Assembly (NCBI GenBank): GCA_964016885.1
Contig: OZ024761.1
Coordinates: 12,152,001-12,216,000, forward strand
Reading direction: 5' to 3'
Origin: Eledone cirrhosa
Taxonomy: Eukaryota
Length of the DNA: 64,000 nucleotides
Part shown: positions 35,428 through 48,390 of the stretch, piece after piece
Numbering within the stretch: the stretch's first letter is position 1
How the letters are laid out: each line of letters opens with the position of its first letter
The notes under the pieces: model-generated
What the model was told of the DNA's origin: nothing
What the model saw: the letters and a program-made list of their open reading frames with translations, nothing else
Database searches by the model: none
Program-made: the position numbers and the translations under genes

Positions 35428-38400
35428 TAGCTGTACAGACCCACAGAGGAGTGGCAGACCTGTCTACAGAGACTACATTGGTAGATACTCTCCTCTGGTA
35501 CTACTGTGGCTGTACAGACCCACATAGGAGTGGCAGACCTGTCTACAGAGACTACATTGGTAGATACTCTCCTCTGGTACTACTGTAGCTGTACAGACCC
35601 ACACAGGAGTGGCAGACCTGTCTACAGAGACTACATTGGTAGATACTCTCCTCTGGTACTACTGTAGCTGTACAGACCCACACAGGAGTGGCAGTCCTGT
35701 CTACAGAGACTACATTGGTAGATACTCTCCTCTGGTACTACTGGGGCTGTACAGGCCCACACAGGAGTGGCAGACCTGTCTACAGAGACTACATTGGTAG
35801 ATACTCTCCTCTGGTACTACTGGGGCTGTACAGACCCACACAGGAGTGGCAGTCCTGTCTACAGAGACTACATTGGTAGATACTCTCCTCTGGTTCTACT
35901 GTGGCTGTACAGGCCCACACAGGAGTGGCAGACCTGTCTACAGAGACTACATTAGTAGATACTCTCCTCTGGTACTACTGTAGCTTTACAGACCCACACA
36001 GGAGTGGCAGTCCTGTATACAGAGACAACATTGGTAGATACTCTCCTCTGGTACTACTGTAGCTGTACAGACCCACACAGGAGTGGCAGACCTGTCTACA
36101 GAGACTACATTGGTAGATACTCTCCTCTGGTACTACTGGGGCTGTACAGGCCCACACAGGAATGGCAGTCCTGTCTACAGAGACTACATTGGTAGATACT
36201 CTCCTCTGGTACTACTGTGGCTGTACAGACCCACACAGGAGTGGCAGACCTGTCTACAGAGACTACATTGGTAGATACTCTCCTCTGGTACTACTGTGGC
36301 TGTACAGACCCACACAGGAGTGGCAGACCTGTCTACAGAGACTACATTGGTAGATACTCTCCTCTGGTACTACTGTGGCTGTACAGACCCACACAGGAGT
36401 GGCAGTCCTGTATACAGAGACTACATTGGTAGATACTCTCCTCTGGTTCTACTGTAGCTGTACAGGCCCACACAGGAGTGGCAGTCCTGTCTACAGAGAC
36501 TACATTGGTAGATACTCTCCTCTGGTACTACTGGGGCTCTACAGGCCCACACAGGAGTGGCAGTCCTGTCTACAGAGACTACATTGGTAGATACTCTCCT
36601 CTGGTACTACTGTGGCTGTACAGACCCACACAGGAATGGCAGTCCTGTCTACAGAGACTACATTGGTAGATACTCTCCTCTGGTACTACTGTAGCTGTAC
36701 AGGCCCACACAGGAGTTGCAGTCCTGTCTACAGAGACTACATTGGTAGATACTCTCCTCTGGTACTACTGGGGCTGTAAAGGCCCACACAGGAGTGGCAG
36801 CCCTGTATACAGAGACTACATTGGTAGATACTCTCCTCTGGTACTACTGGGGCTGTACAGGCCCACACAGGAATGGCAGTCCTGTCTACAGAGACTACAT
36901 TGGTAGATACTCTCCTCTGGTACTACTGTGGCTGTACAGACCCACAGAGGAGTGGCAGTCCTGTATACAGAGACTACATTGGTAGATACTCTCCTCTGGT
37001 ACTACTGTGGCTGTACAGACCCACAGAGGAGTGGCAGACCTGTCTACAGAGACTACATTGGTAGATACTCTCCTCTGGTACTACTGTGGCTGTACAGACC
37101 CACACAGGAGTGGCAGACCTGTCTACAGAGACTACATTGGTAGATACTCTCCTCTGGTACTACTGTGGCTGTACAGACCCACACAGGAGTGGCAGACCTG
37201 TCTACAGAGACTACATTGGTAGATACTCTCCTCTGGTACTACTGTAGCTGTACAGGCCCACACAGGAGTTGCAGCCCTGTATACAGAGACTACATTGGTA
37301 GATACTCTCCTCTGGTACTACTGTAGCTGTACAGGCCCACACAGGAGTTGCAGCCCTGTATACAGAGACTACATTGGTAGATACTCTCCTCTGGTACTAC
37401 TGGGGCTGTACAGACCCACACAGGAATGGCAGTCCTGTCTACAGAGACTACATTGGTAGATACTCTCCTCTGGTACTACTGTAGCTGTACAGACTCCACA
37501 GGAGTGGCAGTCCTGTCTACAGAGACAACATTGGTAGATACTCTCCTCTGGTACTACTGTGGCTGTACAGACCCACACAGGAGTGGCAGACCTGTCTACA
37601 GAGACTACATTGGTAGATACTCTCCTCTGGTACTACTGGGGCTGTACAGGCCCACACAGGAATGGCAGTCCTGTCTACAGAGACTACATTGGTAGATACT
37701 CTCCTCTGGTACTACTGTGGCTGTACAGACCCACACAGGAGTGACAGTCTTGTCTACAGAGACTACATTGGTAGATACTCTCCTCTAGTACTACTGTGGC
37801 TGTACAGGCCCACACAGGAATGGCAGTCCTGTCTACAGAGACTACATTGGTAGATACTCTCCTCTGGTACTACTGGGGCTGTACAGGCCCACACAGGAAT
37901 GGCAGTCCTGTCTACAGAGACTACATTGGTAGATACTCTCCTCTGGTACTACTGGGGCTGTACAGGCCCACACAGGAGTGACAGTCTTGTCTACAGAGAC
38001 TACATTGGTAGATACTCTCCTCTAATACTACTGGGGCTGTACAGACCCACACAGGAGTGACAGTCTTGTCTACAGAGACTACATTGGTAGATACTCTCCT
38101 CTAGTACTACTGTGGCTGTACAGGCCCACACAGGAATGGCAGTCCTGTCTACAGAGACTACATTGGTAAATACTCCCCTCTGGTACTACTGTGGCTGTAC
38201 AGACCCACACAGGAATGGCAGACCTGTCTACAGAGACTACATTGGTAGATACTCTCCTCTGGTTCTACTGTGGCTGTACAGACCCACACAGGAATGGCAG
38301 TCCTGTCTACAGAGACTACATTGGTAGATACTCTCCTCTGGTACTACTGTGGCTGTACAGACCCACACAGGAATGGCAGTCCTGTCTACAGAGACTACAT

Positions 38401-38575
38401 TTGTAGATACTCTCCTCTGGTACTACTGTGACTGTACAGGCCCACACAGGAGTGGCAGTCCTGTATACAGAGACTACATTGGTAGATACTCTACTCTGGT
38501 ACTACTGTGGTTGTACAGGCCCACACAGGAATGGCAGTCCTATATAGAGCGACTACATTTGTAGATACTCTCCTC
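35428..38575 (+). repeat. 79-bp minisatellite, ~40 copies
   Basis: Unit gctgtacagacccacacaggagtggcagacctgtctacagagactacattggtagatactctcctctggtactactgtg; ORF starts recur every 79 bp. Confidence 0.96.
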
Positions 38576-38835
38576 CGTTTGAACTGTGTTGTTATTTTTT
38601 CGAGCACTCTTTTCCTCGGAGGCAAGTTTTAGTTTCTCCTCCTCTTGTGCCGTACTCAACCCCATCATGGTCGATCATTAGCGACCTCCTCCCATCTCTG
38701 GGCATCCAGGTTTATTGACCTCATATCCCCCCTGCAGACCTCTTTGAAACAAAGATGCGGTCTTCCTCTTGCTCTTGTGCCGGTGGCCAGTTCCCCATCT
38801 TTTGGGATTCTTCCGTCCGGCATACGATGTATGTG
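38575..38835 (-). mobile_element. BovB-like RTE 3' fragment
   Basis: Reverse complement translates HIHRMPDGRIPKD-GELATGTRARGRPHLCFKEVC...WEEVANDR. Confidence 0.75.
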
Positions 38836-39614
38836 GTATGTGGACGTGTGGATGATAAACTTCTAAAAATTATAAAATGCTAAAACAAAAAGTTAAGAAC
38901 AGACTGGAACTGATGAGGGTTAAAATATTGAACATAAACTGAATTAAATATTTACAAAAATGACTCTAAATGTTGTCAAGTGATCGGAATTAAGAAGCTC
39001 TCTATAGAAAGGAGTTAACGAAATTGAACAAAGATGGCTGCGAGTTTTCACGTCGTCTTTTTAATTTACTATCCAAACGAAATGATTACGATTTGTTTTA
39101 AATGTATCAAGACGGCTTTGAATGGACCAACAGGTAATTCTGTTCGTGTTTACAATAATTTTGACATCTAACCTTTTCCATTAATGTCTACCATCTTTAA
39201 ATAATCGCGAAAATATTCAAGAATTTGTAGAAATAACTTTATCAATATTAAACACATGTTTATAACGTGACTTAACAAAAGTTCTTTTATAAAATTATGA
39301 CGGAAGATCTTTTTAGATGAATATAAACAGTTTTGTATTGTAGAAATAAGGAGTGGTTCCAAAAGTGTTACACTGTTGCAATTTCACAGCAGTTATAGCA
39401 TTGTTATTGAACACAATTGACAAGTTGACCCTAGTTAGACAGGGACCTTCCATACTGACATGGCTAGGCGTAGCTTAAGATCGACCAAAATATTCTAAAC
39501 GGCTCTTTAAGTAACACACACATATATATATATGTATATATAAATATAAATTCAGGACCCCGACGGCTGAGCTCCGGCCGTTTCGACAGCTAAATCCGAA
39601 CTCATATATATATA

Positions 39615-39798
39615 TAAATTTATCCCGGGTTCAATCGGGGGTAACCACAGTAAGTAAGGTACTCAATACATAGCAGAGTATGACTATTTAATATAGAAAT
39701 GGCTTGTACAGGACTAGAACTGTTTCATTCGGGAGAAACCATCGGGAAGCCCGATGGTTTCTCCCGAATGAAACAGTTCTAGTCCTGTAGAAGCCATT

Positions 39799-39801
<3 letters not shown>
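39615..39801. mobile_element. Penelope-like remnant with a 107-bp palindrome (39695-39801); hammerhead core mutated in both arms
   Basis: Same family as 44741-44935, 43885-43990 and 3016-3075. Confidence 0.8.
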
Positions 39802-39871
<70 letters not shown>

Positions 39872-40021
39872 AGATTCAAGACCCCGACGGCTGAGCTCCA
39901 GCCGTTTCGACAGTTTTATATATATATATATATATATAAGTTAAAACAAAAAACGAAAACAATAACGAAGAGTGCAGTACAAAGTGTTAGTCTTAGGTTC
40001 ACGCTTGAAAGTGTGTGTGTG

Positions 40022-40070
<49 letters not shown>

Positions 40071-40072
<2 letters not shown>

Positions 40073-41898
40073 CCAGGTAATACTAGAGGGGGCCATACCA
40101 AAAGATTGGTGCAGTAGCATCATTGTCAACTGCTACAAAGGTAAAGGCGATGCACTAGATAGAGGAAACTATAGAGGTATAAAGTTGATGGACCAGGTCA
40201 TGAAAGTAACAGAAAGAGTTATAGCACAGCTGATTAGGGACCGGGTGAATATAGACGAGATGCAATTTGGGTTTGTACCAGGGAAAGGCACCACTGATGC
40301 CCTCTTCCTTGTGAGGCAATTACAGGAAAAGTACCTAGCTAAAAGTAAGCCACTCTACTTGGCATTTGTCGACCTTGAGAAAGCCTTTGACAGAGTTCCA
40401 CGTGCAGTAATCTGGTGGACTCTTAGAAAACTAGGAGTAGATGAATGGCTTGTGAAAGCGGTACAAGCCATGTATAGGGGAGCAGTCAGCAAAGTTAGGA
40501 TTGGCAATGAGTATAGCGAGGAATTTAGCGTACAGGTTGGGGTCCACCAGGGCTCTGTTCTTAGCCCTCTCCTGTTCATCATAGTCCTGCAGGCAATAAC
40601 GGAGGAGTTTAAGACCGGATGCCCATGGGAACTCCTGTATGCTGATGACCTCGCACTCATAGCTGAATCTATGGTAGAACTAGAGAATAAATTCCAAACG
40701 TGGAAGCAGGGACTAGAGAGAAAGGGCCTCAAAGTCAACATGACAAAGACTAAGGTCCTTATAAGTAGACGAGAAAACAGAACCCAGATCCCCTCAGGGA
40801 AATGGCCTTGCTCAGTATGTAGGAAAGGTGTAGGTAGGAACTCCATTCTTTGCCCCAAATGCAAACAATGGGTACACAAGAGATGTAGCGGGATCTCAGG
40901 AAGCTTAATTAAGAATGTAGGATTCACATGCAGCAGCTGTGCTGAAACAGCAAGCAAACAGCCACAGGAAACAAGTACCACCAATCTCTGGGAGGGCCCT
41001 GTAGAAACAGTAGACAGCTTCTGCTACCTAGGTGACCGAATTAGCAACGGAGGTGGGTGCTCAGAAAGTACAATAACTAGGGTAAGAACGGGATGGAAGA
41101 AGTTTAGGGAACTACTACCACTGCTAGCTGCAAAAGGCTTCTCCCTCAGAATGAAAGGCAGACTGTATGATGCGTGTATCCGAACAGCGATGTTGCATGG
41201 TAGTGAGACCTGGGCGCTGAAGGTGGAAGACTTACGTAGATTAGAGAGAAACGAAGCCTGCATGCTCCGATGGATGTGTAACAGTAATATACGTGAACGA
41301 CAAAGCATAAATGAATTGAGAGAGAGACTGAGCATAAGAGGAATCAAATGCTGCGTGCAGGAGAGGCGGTTACGCTGGTATGGACATGTGATGCGTATGA
41401 AGGATGACAGCTGCATAAAAAGGTGCAGAGCACTAGAAGTTGATGGAAACCGCGGAGTGGGGAGACCCAAGATGACTTGGGATGAGGTGATAAAAGCCGA
41501 CCTTACCCAACTACACCTCTCAAAGTCAATGACACACGACCGTGACTTCTGGCGTCACGCAGTAATACAGGGTACCCGACCTCCCATGGGTACATGCTGA
41601 AGCATATAAACAATATGCCCCCCCCCCCACCGCAAGGTGGTCGTGGAGGTGCCACGGCAAAAAAGCACCCAGCCCACACTGTAAAGTGGACGTGTAGGCG
41701 CCACGAAAAAGCACCCAGCACTCACTGTAAATGAGGTTGGTGTTAGGAAGGGCATCCAGCTGTAGAAATCAAGCCAGATCAGTTCCTGTATGAGCAAGGC
41801 ATGGTCAGCCGACCAGACACTGCCCACAACAGGACAACCCGTCTAACCCATGCTAGCGTGGAAGAACGGACGTAAAACGGTGATGATGATGATGATGA
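40071..41898 (+). mobile_element. 5'-truncated RTE-clade LINE with an uninterrupted reverse transcriptase ORF (to 41600), a PHD-like Cys cluster, 3' UTR and (TGA)n tail
   Basis: YKGKGD..NYRGIKL, QFGF, FVDLEKAFDRV, GVHQGSVLSPLLF, LYADDL, FCYLG, RLRWYGHV; (TA)n on both sides. Confidence 0.95.
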
Positions 41899-42696
41899 TA
41901 TATATATATTACCGAGAATCGTACTTCAGCTCAGGAATTAACGAAAATCAACTTCCGAGATGTGTGGCAAGCGCTCGATGATTCATATGAACCAGAGCTA
42001 CAACATACGTTAAGGGCCAAACACACTGAGATGGTGGTTAAACAAATCATCCTCACAGCCAATACAAACGACCAAGTAATTCGGGTCAAACAATAAAAAT
42101 ATATGTGTGCTGTAGGGTTGCAAGTAAATGCGTCCGTATATATATGTGTGTCTCATAACAGCGATTCTACAAAAGAAACAAAAAACCAGATCGATAATAT
42201 AAATAGCAGAATCGAAAAAATAAATAATAATAAAAGTACAGGGCTGGATTTGATCGATAGAATTCCTTGAAGGCTTGAAGGCGGTGCCCCAGAATGAACG
42301 CAGTCTATTGACTTACGACAGTAAAAGAATAAAGACTAAGAGTAACTTGAGAAATAACAATGCTCTGATGTGGAAGGTGTGGTTGTTATAATATCCAGCT
42401 GGTGGATTTGGGGAATCGATTGAAATTAACAGGTTGTCAACACTTATTATTGGTCATTGATTAAGTCTTGTGTGTGTATATATATATATATATATATGTA
42501 GATAAATCTACCAAAAGTTTACGGTAGTGTCCAATCCGTATGAAGAACTCAATGTAATCCGGATATCATGAAAAGCAGAGATGCATTCAAAAATCACTTT
42601 CGGTGAAAGATAAACGGAATACAGAGTCAAGATAAATCATTAAAAAAATAATGAATAAACAAAGAAACAGTTCCTTATATTAAACAAAAAAAGTTC

Positions 42697-42833
42697 ATTA
42701 TTTTACGATCGTTTCTAGGACATATATGTGTTAGAATTGGTATGCATATTCAAAAGATCTATGTACAAAATTATACAAACTATCAGAGAGAATATACATA
42801 CCTTCACATATATATGCTGTCTTCAGAAATAAT
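42697..42833 (-). ncRNA. Type-I hammerhead ribozyme with a long stem II
   Basis: Reverse complement reads ATTATTT CTGAAGA [~100 nt, CATATAT(AT)GTG..CACATATATG] GAAA CGATCG TA^ AAATAAT; stem I is perfect and stem III palindromic. Confidence 0.75.
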
Positions 42834-42942
42834 CTATATATATATATCTATATATATATATATGAAGCAGCATTGAAGTATTGACATAAATGGTATACAC
42901 AATTGCTATTTAATATCCGAGCAAGGCCGGGTACCTCTGCTA

Positions 42943-42994
<52 letters not shown>

Positions 42995-43002
<8 letters not shown>

Positions 43003-43330
43003 AGATCAAAAGATGGTTAAAGGAGTTCCATGTATTTTATTATGCGCATTTCAAAAACAAACATCATCATGCAATAATATTTGTGTTTTCATCAGATAAA
43101 ACAGGAGAACATGATATGAAGGCTAAAAAACACTTGTGGATAGTGTAGTTTTAAATCAACATATGTTGATTTAAAACTACACTATCCACAAGTGTTTTTT
43201 AGCCTTCATATCATGTTCTCCTGTTTTATCTGATGAAAACACAAATATTATTGCATGATGATGTTTGTTTTTGAAATGCGCATAATAAAATACATGGAAC
43301 TCCTTTAACCATCTTTTGATCTTATATTAT
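42995..43330. repeat. 336-bp perfect palindrome with no spacer (centre 43162/43163) and a hammerhead in each arm
   Basis: The arms are exact reverse complements, as far as I can read them. Confidence 0.95.
43222..43292 (+). ncRNA. Minimal type-I hammerhead ribozyme (mirror copy at 43033-43103 on - strand)
   Basis: TGTTTTAT CTGATGA AAACACAAATAT..ATGTTTGTTTTT GAAA TGCGCA TA^ ATAAAATA. Confidence 0.87.
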
Positions 43331-43413
43331 GTATACTCCAGTCCTACAAACTGTAGAGTGCTTCTTATCCGATATCTGCATTGCTTTATTGTACTACAAT
43401 AAAACTCACCTCC

Positions 43414-43491
<78 letters not shown>

Positions 43492-43719
43492 TATTTTTTT
43501 TATTTTTCATTCATATATATTTTTATTTGTCTGACCCGAATTTTCTTGGTCGTATTTTTGGCTGTGCGAATGATTGTTTAAGCATCGTCTCAGTGTGTTG
43601 GTATTAAACGTTAGTTATGGCTCTGGTTTATCCGAACTATTGAGCACTTTGCCACACATTTCGAAGATTGTGTTTCGTTATTTCGTGGGCCGAGGTTCCG
43701 ATTCTCGATAATTTATTTG

Positions 43720-43765
<46 letters not shown>

Positions 43766-43838
43766 CAGATTAAAGTTTAAGCAAAGAATCGCGATTCTTA
43801 TTGACAACGTGACCCCCACCCCACCCAAAAGCATAACA

Positions 43839-43886
<48 letters not shown>

Positions 43887-43990
43887 GTTATTCCGGGTTG
43901 AATCGGAGGTAACCACAGTAAGTAAGGTACTCAATACATAGCAGAGATGATTTCTAATGAATGAAACAGTTCTAGTCCTGTAGAATCTCA

Positions 43991-44117
<127 letters not shown>

Positions 44118-44556
44118 AAGAGTGAAGAATAACATGGTCGGCTGTACAAAAAGGGTTTTATTTACAGTATTAACAATTGTTTCATTGGTTAGGGAGTCTA
44201 AAGGCCGCTGATCCCTTGAAGTTGTGTCACTCGGCCTTAAATACAGTGTGTCTCTGATCAAATCATTGGTGTAGTGTATTTTTCACTCTTTCACGACTAT
44301 TACTCCAACATTAACCAGCATGGGAATTCTCGTAATCTCACCGCCTCACTAAGGAAACTTCTTGTTGAGTCAAACAACGCCGTACGTTAAAACTCTCCAC
44401 AATACGGAGTACTCACAACCCCTAACTGGATTACCTATAGCGATAATTTGTTATCCCATATATATATATGTAAAAGGTAAACAGAAATAACAACACAATC
44501 GGTATAGTATATGGAAGGTATATATTAGGTTAACGCTTGATATAGCAGGAAGAGGG

Positions 44557-44592
44557 TCTTAACGTTTCGGACGCTGGTCCTTCGTCAGAAGA
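44557..44592 (-). ncRNA. Ultra-minimal hammerhead ribozyme
   Basis: Reverse complement reads TCTT CTGACGA A GGAC-CAGC-GTCC GAAA CG TT^ AAGA, with palindromic AACGTT in place of stem III. Confidence 0.7.
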
Positions 44593-44689
44593 ACGAATGA
44601 GAAATAAAACAGATTAGGAGGACGGGCTGGATGGAATTGGAAAAAAATGTCTTTAGATAAAAATAACAGGTCCATTCATGTTGACAACT

Positions 44690-44747
<58 letters not shown>

Positions 44748-44804
44748 ATATAGAAAAAGCTTCTACAGGACTAGAACTGTTTCATTCGGGAGAAATCATC
44801 ATGA

Positions 44805-44853
44805 GCTTCCTGATGATTTCTCTCGAATGAAACAGTTCTAGTCCTGTAGAAGC
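44805..44853 (+). ncRNA. Type-I hammerhead ribozyme within palindrome 44741-44871
   Basis: GCTTC CTGATGA TTTCTCTCGAAT GAAA CAG-TTCTAGTC-CTG TA^ GAAGC; stems I and III are perfect, with a U.U at the base of stem II. Confidence 0.8.
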
Positions 44854-44932
44854 CATTTCTATATTAAATATTTATACTCTATGTATTGAGTACCTTACTT
44901 ACTGTGGTTACCCCCGATTGAACCCGGGATAA

Positions 44933-45021
<89 letters not shown>

Positions 45022-45064
45022 ATGAATGTGTATAGGTATATGTGTGTATATATAGGTATATGTG

Positions 45065-45121
<57 letters not shown>

Positions 45122-45615
45122 AATGAATAATAACAGGTAGACATCATAAAAAGGTAATTTATTCCGTGTGCTTACAAATGTTTCCACGGTGGTACTACAG
45201 CCTAGTTATGCTATGTGCAAATTTATAAGTTTTTGCAGAACTCAAATATCCAATGCTGTGACCACTGTATCCTCGTCAACCATATCCAGCGTAGTAATTA
45301 ACCATTACTACATCTTGGATAATCCTATACCTAATATATATATATATATTAGGTATATTTGATGTTATTCCAAATTGAAGGATAAGTGTTTTAAACTTTA
45401 TTTTATCATGAGTTAAAGGTCTATTGATTTTTCCCTGGATTTCACTAAATTCTGTGGATGAATTTGTATCCTGATTCTCTTTTGAGATGAGTTTGAATTA
45501 TTTTTCCTAAATCTTACGTTAACTACTTTTCCAATCTCGACGTTATAGTCGCATATATGTTATATATGTTATAGAATACTATTAGCTTCTCGCTAAAACA
45601 ATCTCTATACCTCTC

Positions 45616-45718
<103 letters not shown>

Positions 45719-45899
45719 GAGGTTATATTTAATGGTTGCATTTTTAAGGGTATGTCAATATTTATTTATAAAACTAACCTATAATGAAATAAATATGGTT
45801 TTATAAATATAGTTTCCATTTGTTAATATATTGTATATATATATATATATAAATGAAAGGTATAGAAAACACTGCAGCGAAAAGCGAACAGCATTCCAT

Positions 45900-45953
<54 letters not shown>

Positions 45954-46040
45954 TGTATGTATGTATGTATGTATGTATGTATGTATGTATGTATGTATGT
46001 ATGTATGTACGTACGTACGTACGTACGTACGTACGTATAT

Positions 46041-46890
46041 ACGGTGGCGGACTGGGTCTAAACATATTGGTTGCCAGGAGATGAAGGGAGCCCACCTACA
46101 TATAGAATGCTATTATTTAATTTTTATAATGAATAAATAACATTTTCGAAAAATACATAAGTGGAAACAAAACAGTGCAATCAAATTTTTGCGGAAAAAT
46201 ATCTTAGCTTCTCCAATAAAAAATATGAATTTTGCGAAATCCAGAGACTTTCAATAATGACCCTAAATATTACTAATAGCTCTAGGGAAGCCATGAACGA
46301 CGCCACATCTTTTTAACTTTAATTTTGAAAGTATGTTTATAATTATCAATTTTCACTATACTTTTGTAGCTGTCTCGTTGGCCTCGTTGGAAGGTTCATA
46401 GACGGTGGTGATCTTGGTCTGAAGTTCGACCCTGGTCGGGTGTAGGGTTCCCGATAAACCTTTTCAGTTTTTTTCCTATTGGCTGTAAAATAAAAACTGA
46501 GAACGGTTACATGTACCTCTTGACCAGGATTGAACCCAAGGCCCGGATCTCTACCGTCTCTAGTACCTACCACTAGGCCACACAGACAACTACGGAAATC
46601 TCATGAAAATTCATACTTATAAACCTACTTTCAAAATATTCAATACAAAGTGCTGTGGTGTCGTTCAAGTCTTTCTTAATGTTATTGCTCCTGTTTAAGG
46701 TCGACTTCTAAATCATTTGGGTGTTCCAAAAACAACATCCTCGTTTTGTTTCACATCTATCTAGACTATATTTTAACCTGTAATCCATGTTTCATTTCCG
46801 TTGCACCTCATTTCTCCCCCCTCTCTTTCTTTCTCAGATGTCTTTAACCCATTGATACCAAATATTATTTGGTCAGTACTTCGTGTGTAA

Positions 46891-46926
<36 letters not shown>

Positions 46927-47248
46927 TTGTGTGTCTGGGTCTATATATGTATGTTTGCATGCATGAACGAATACACTAAGCTTTGGATTTAGTAGAATGT
47001 ACAACCACTGATTCCAGCTAGTTGCACTATCGTATATTTTGGTTTTTAGTAATTCCCTGGGGAATTGGTTGACCAAATGCTTTGCTTAATTGTTTTATTT
47101 TATTTTTTTTTAAATGTTATTCGTTTTATTAGATTTCAGGTATTTTTTTAAGGCAAATCATTAAAAATATTACAGTGGGCTCTTGCAATGCTACCGTGGG
47201 CTCCCCGTGGCTCGCTTGCCATTGGGCAACCTGGCCGGTCCGCCACTC
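46041..47248. mobile_element. Putative hAT-like non-autonomous element containing a nested palindromic element
   Basis: Termini cggtggcggactgg and ccggtccgccact are inverted, and both abut TA tracts. Confidence 0.5.
46230..46731. mobile_element. Old palindromic element with two convergent tRNA-like units (46371-46444 +, 46512-46588 -)
   Basis: Diverged ~240-bp arms, each with an A box (TGGCCTCGTTGG / TGGCCTAGTGG) and a B box (GTTCGACC / GGTTCAATCC). Confidence 0.65.
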
Positions 47249-48064
47249 TATATATATATGTATCAGATAGGGTGTGGTAAAATACCAGGTGGACCATAAC
47301 CCACTAGAGTACTCGATACTTGGGGTAGTAGAGTCGGTAATATAAAAAGAGTCAGGACCTAGACGACTAAACTCCGGCCGTTTCGACAGTTAGATCCGAA
47401 CTGGAACTAGCTGTCGAAACGGCCGGAGCTCAGCCGTCGGGGTCCTGACTCTTTTCATATATATATATGAACATCGAATGCATTTGGCCAAAAAGAAGAA
47501 CTGGTCTACATCATTGGATGTGAACTATGTCGCAGGTTTTATATCAGAGTGACATTCTCCAAGAGAGATGTCTTAATGAAGACTAGGAGTCTTTTGCTTC
47601 ACACACAAAAAAAAAAACAAGCCTTTATTGGATGGCCGTTGACTCTCCTGAGTTCCTCCGCCTTCTGAGAGAATGGAAGTGAAAAAGAGATATTAGAGGA
47701 AGAATCGACCCCATTATCAGACTGGTACTTTTTTTATCGACCTCGAAAGGGTGAAAAGCAAAGGTAATCTCGGTGGAATTTGAACTCAGAGATCAGAGAA
47801 CCGAAATGAATTCTATCCGATGTTCTAAGGACTCTGCAAAGTCGCCTCCATTCCTAATAACTGTTTCTACTTTAGTCACTTGAAGGAGAGGGGAAAGTCG
47901 ATTAAATTGATCCCAGTGCATTACTGGTACTTTATTTTATCGACTCTGTAAGGATGAAAGGCAAAGTTAACCTCGGCGGGATTCGAACTCAGAACGTAAA
48001 GGGCGGTAACTCTATGCTGCAAAGCATGGCGTCCGACTCTGTCCCGATACTGCCAGTCCGACCA

Positions 48065-48390
48065 TTAAATAGCATCGTCTATATAGGACAGCTTAGTTGT
48101 GGTGCGGACAGAATGGAGAAGGCGTTTCCCCCGTAGGACGGTAAGGGAAACGGGCTGGAAAAGCCATTCCAGCTCCCGAGGCTCACACCTGCAACTGGCC
48201 AGCTCAGCGCCTATGGTGGTGAGTAGGGAGGTAGCCCTAGGGCCGAGGACACCAGAAGTCTCCACTGCCAAGGGTACGACCGCAAGCCTGTCGGAGAGCG
48301 ACCGGTACTTGGAGAGTTTGGCCTCCTCAGCCCCCCGACGTGCAGCAGAGCCTGGGTTAGTCGCAGACTGCACCAGGTTGCGGCTGGAGA
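48065..48390 (-). mobile_element. CRE-like non-LTR retrotransposon 3' fragment (restriction-like endonuclease C-terminus); shorter relic at 34215-34340
   Basis: AARRGAEEAKLSKYRSL...VPLAVETSGVLG...WLFQPVSLTVLRG matches the KxxKY, PxAxExxG and QRxSxxxxRGN RLE motifs. Confidence 0.75.

Noticed and set aside
35428-38575. CRISPR-like regular array
   Set aside because: The units are contiguous near-identical 79-mers with no unique spacers, there are no cas genes, and the context is eukaryotic. The same applies to the 46-, 48-, 65- and 72-bp arrays.
40355-41470. Antisense ORFs of 209 and 148 aa
   Set aside because: Shadows of the RTE reverse transcriptase ORF.
44150-44275. Possible - strand hammerhead (GAAA CAATTG TT ... 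AATAAA)
   Set aside because: The CTGANGA core and stem I are not recognisable; too degraded to call.
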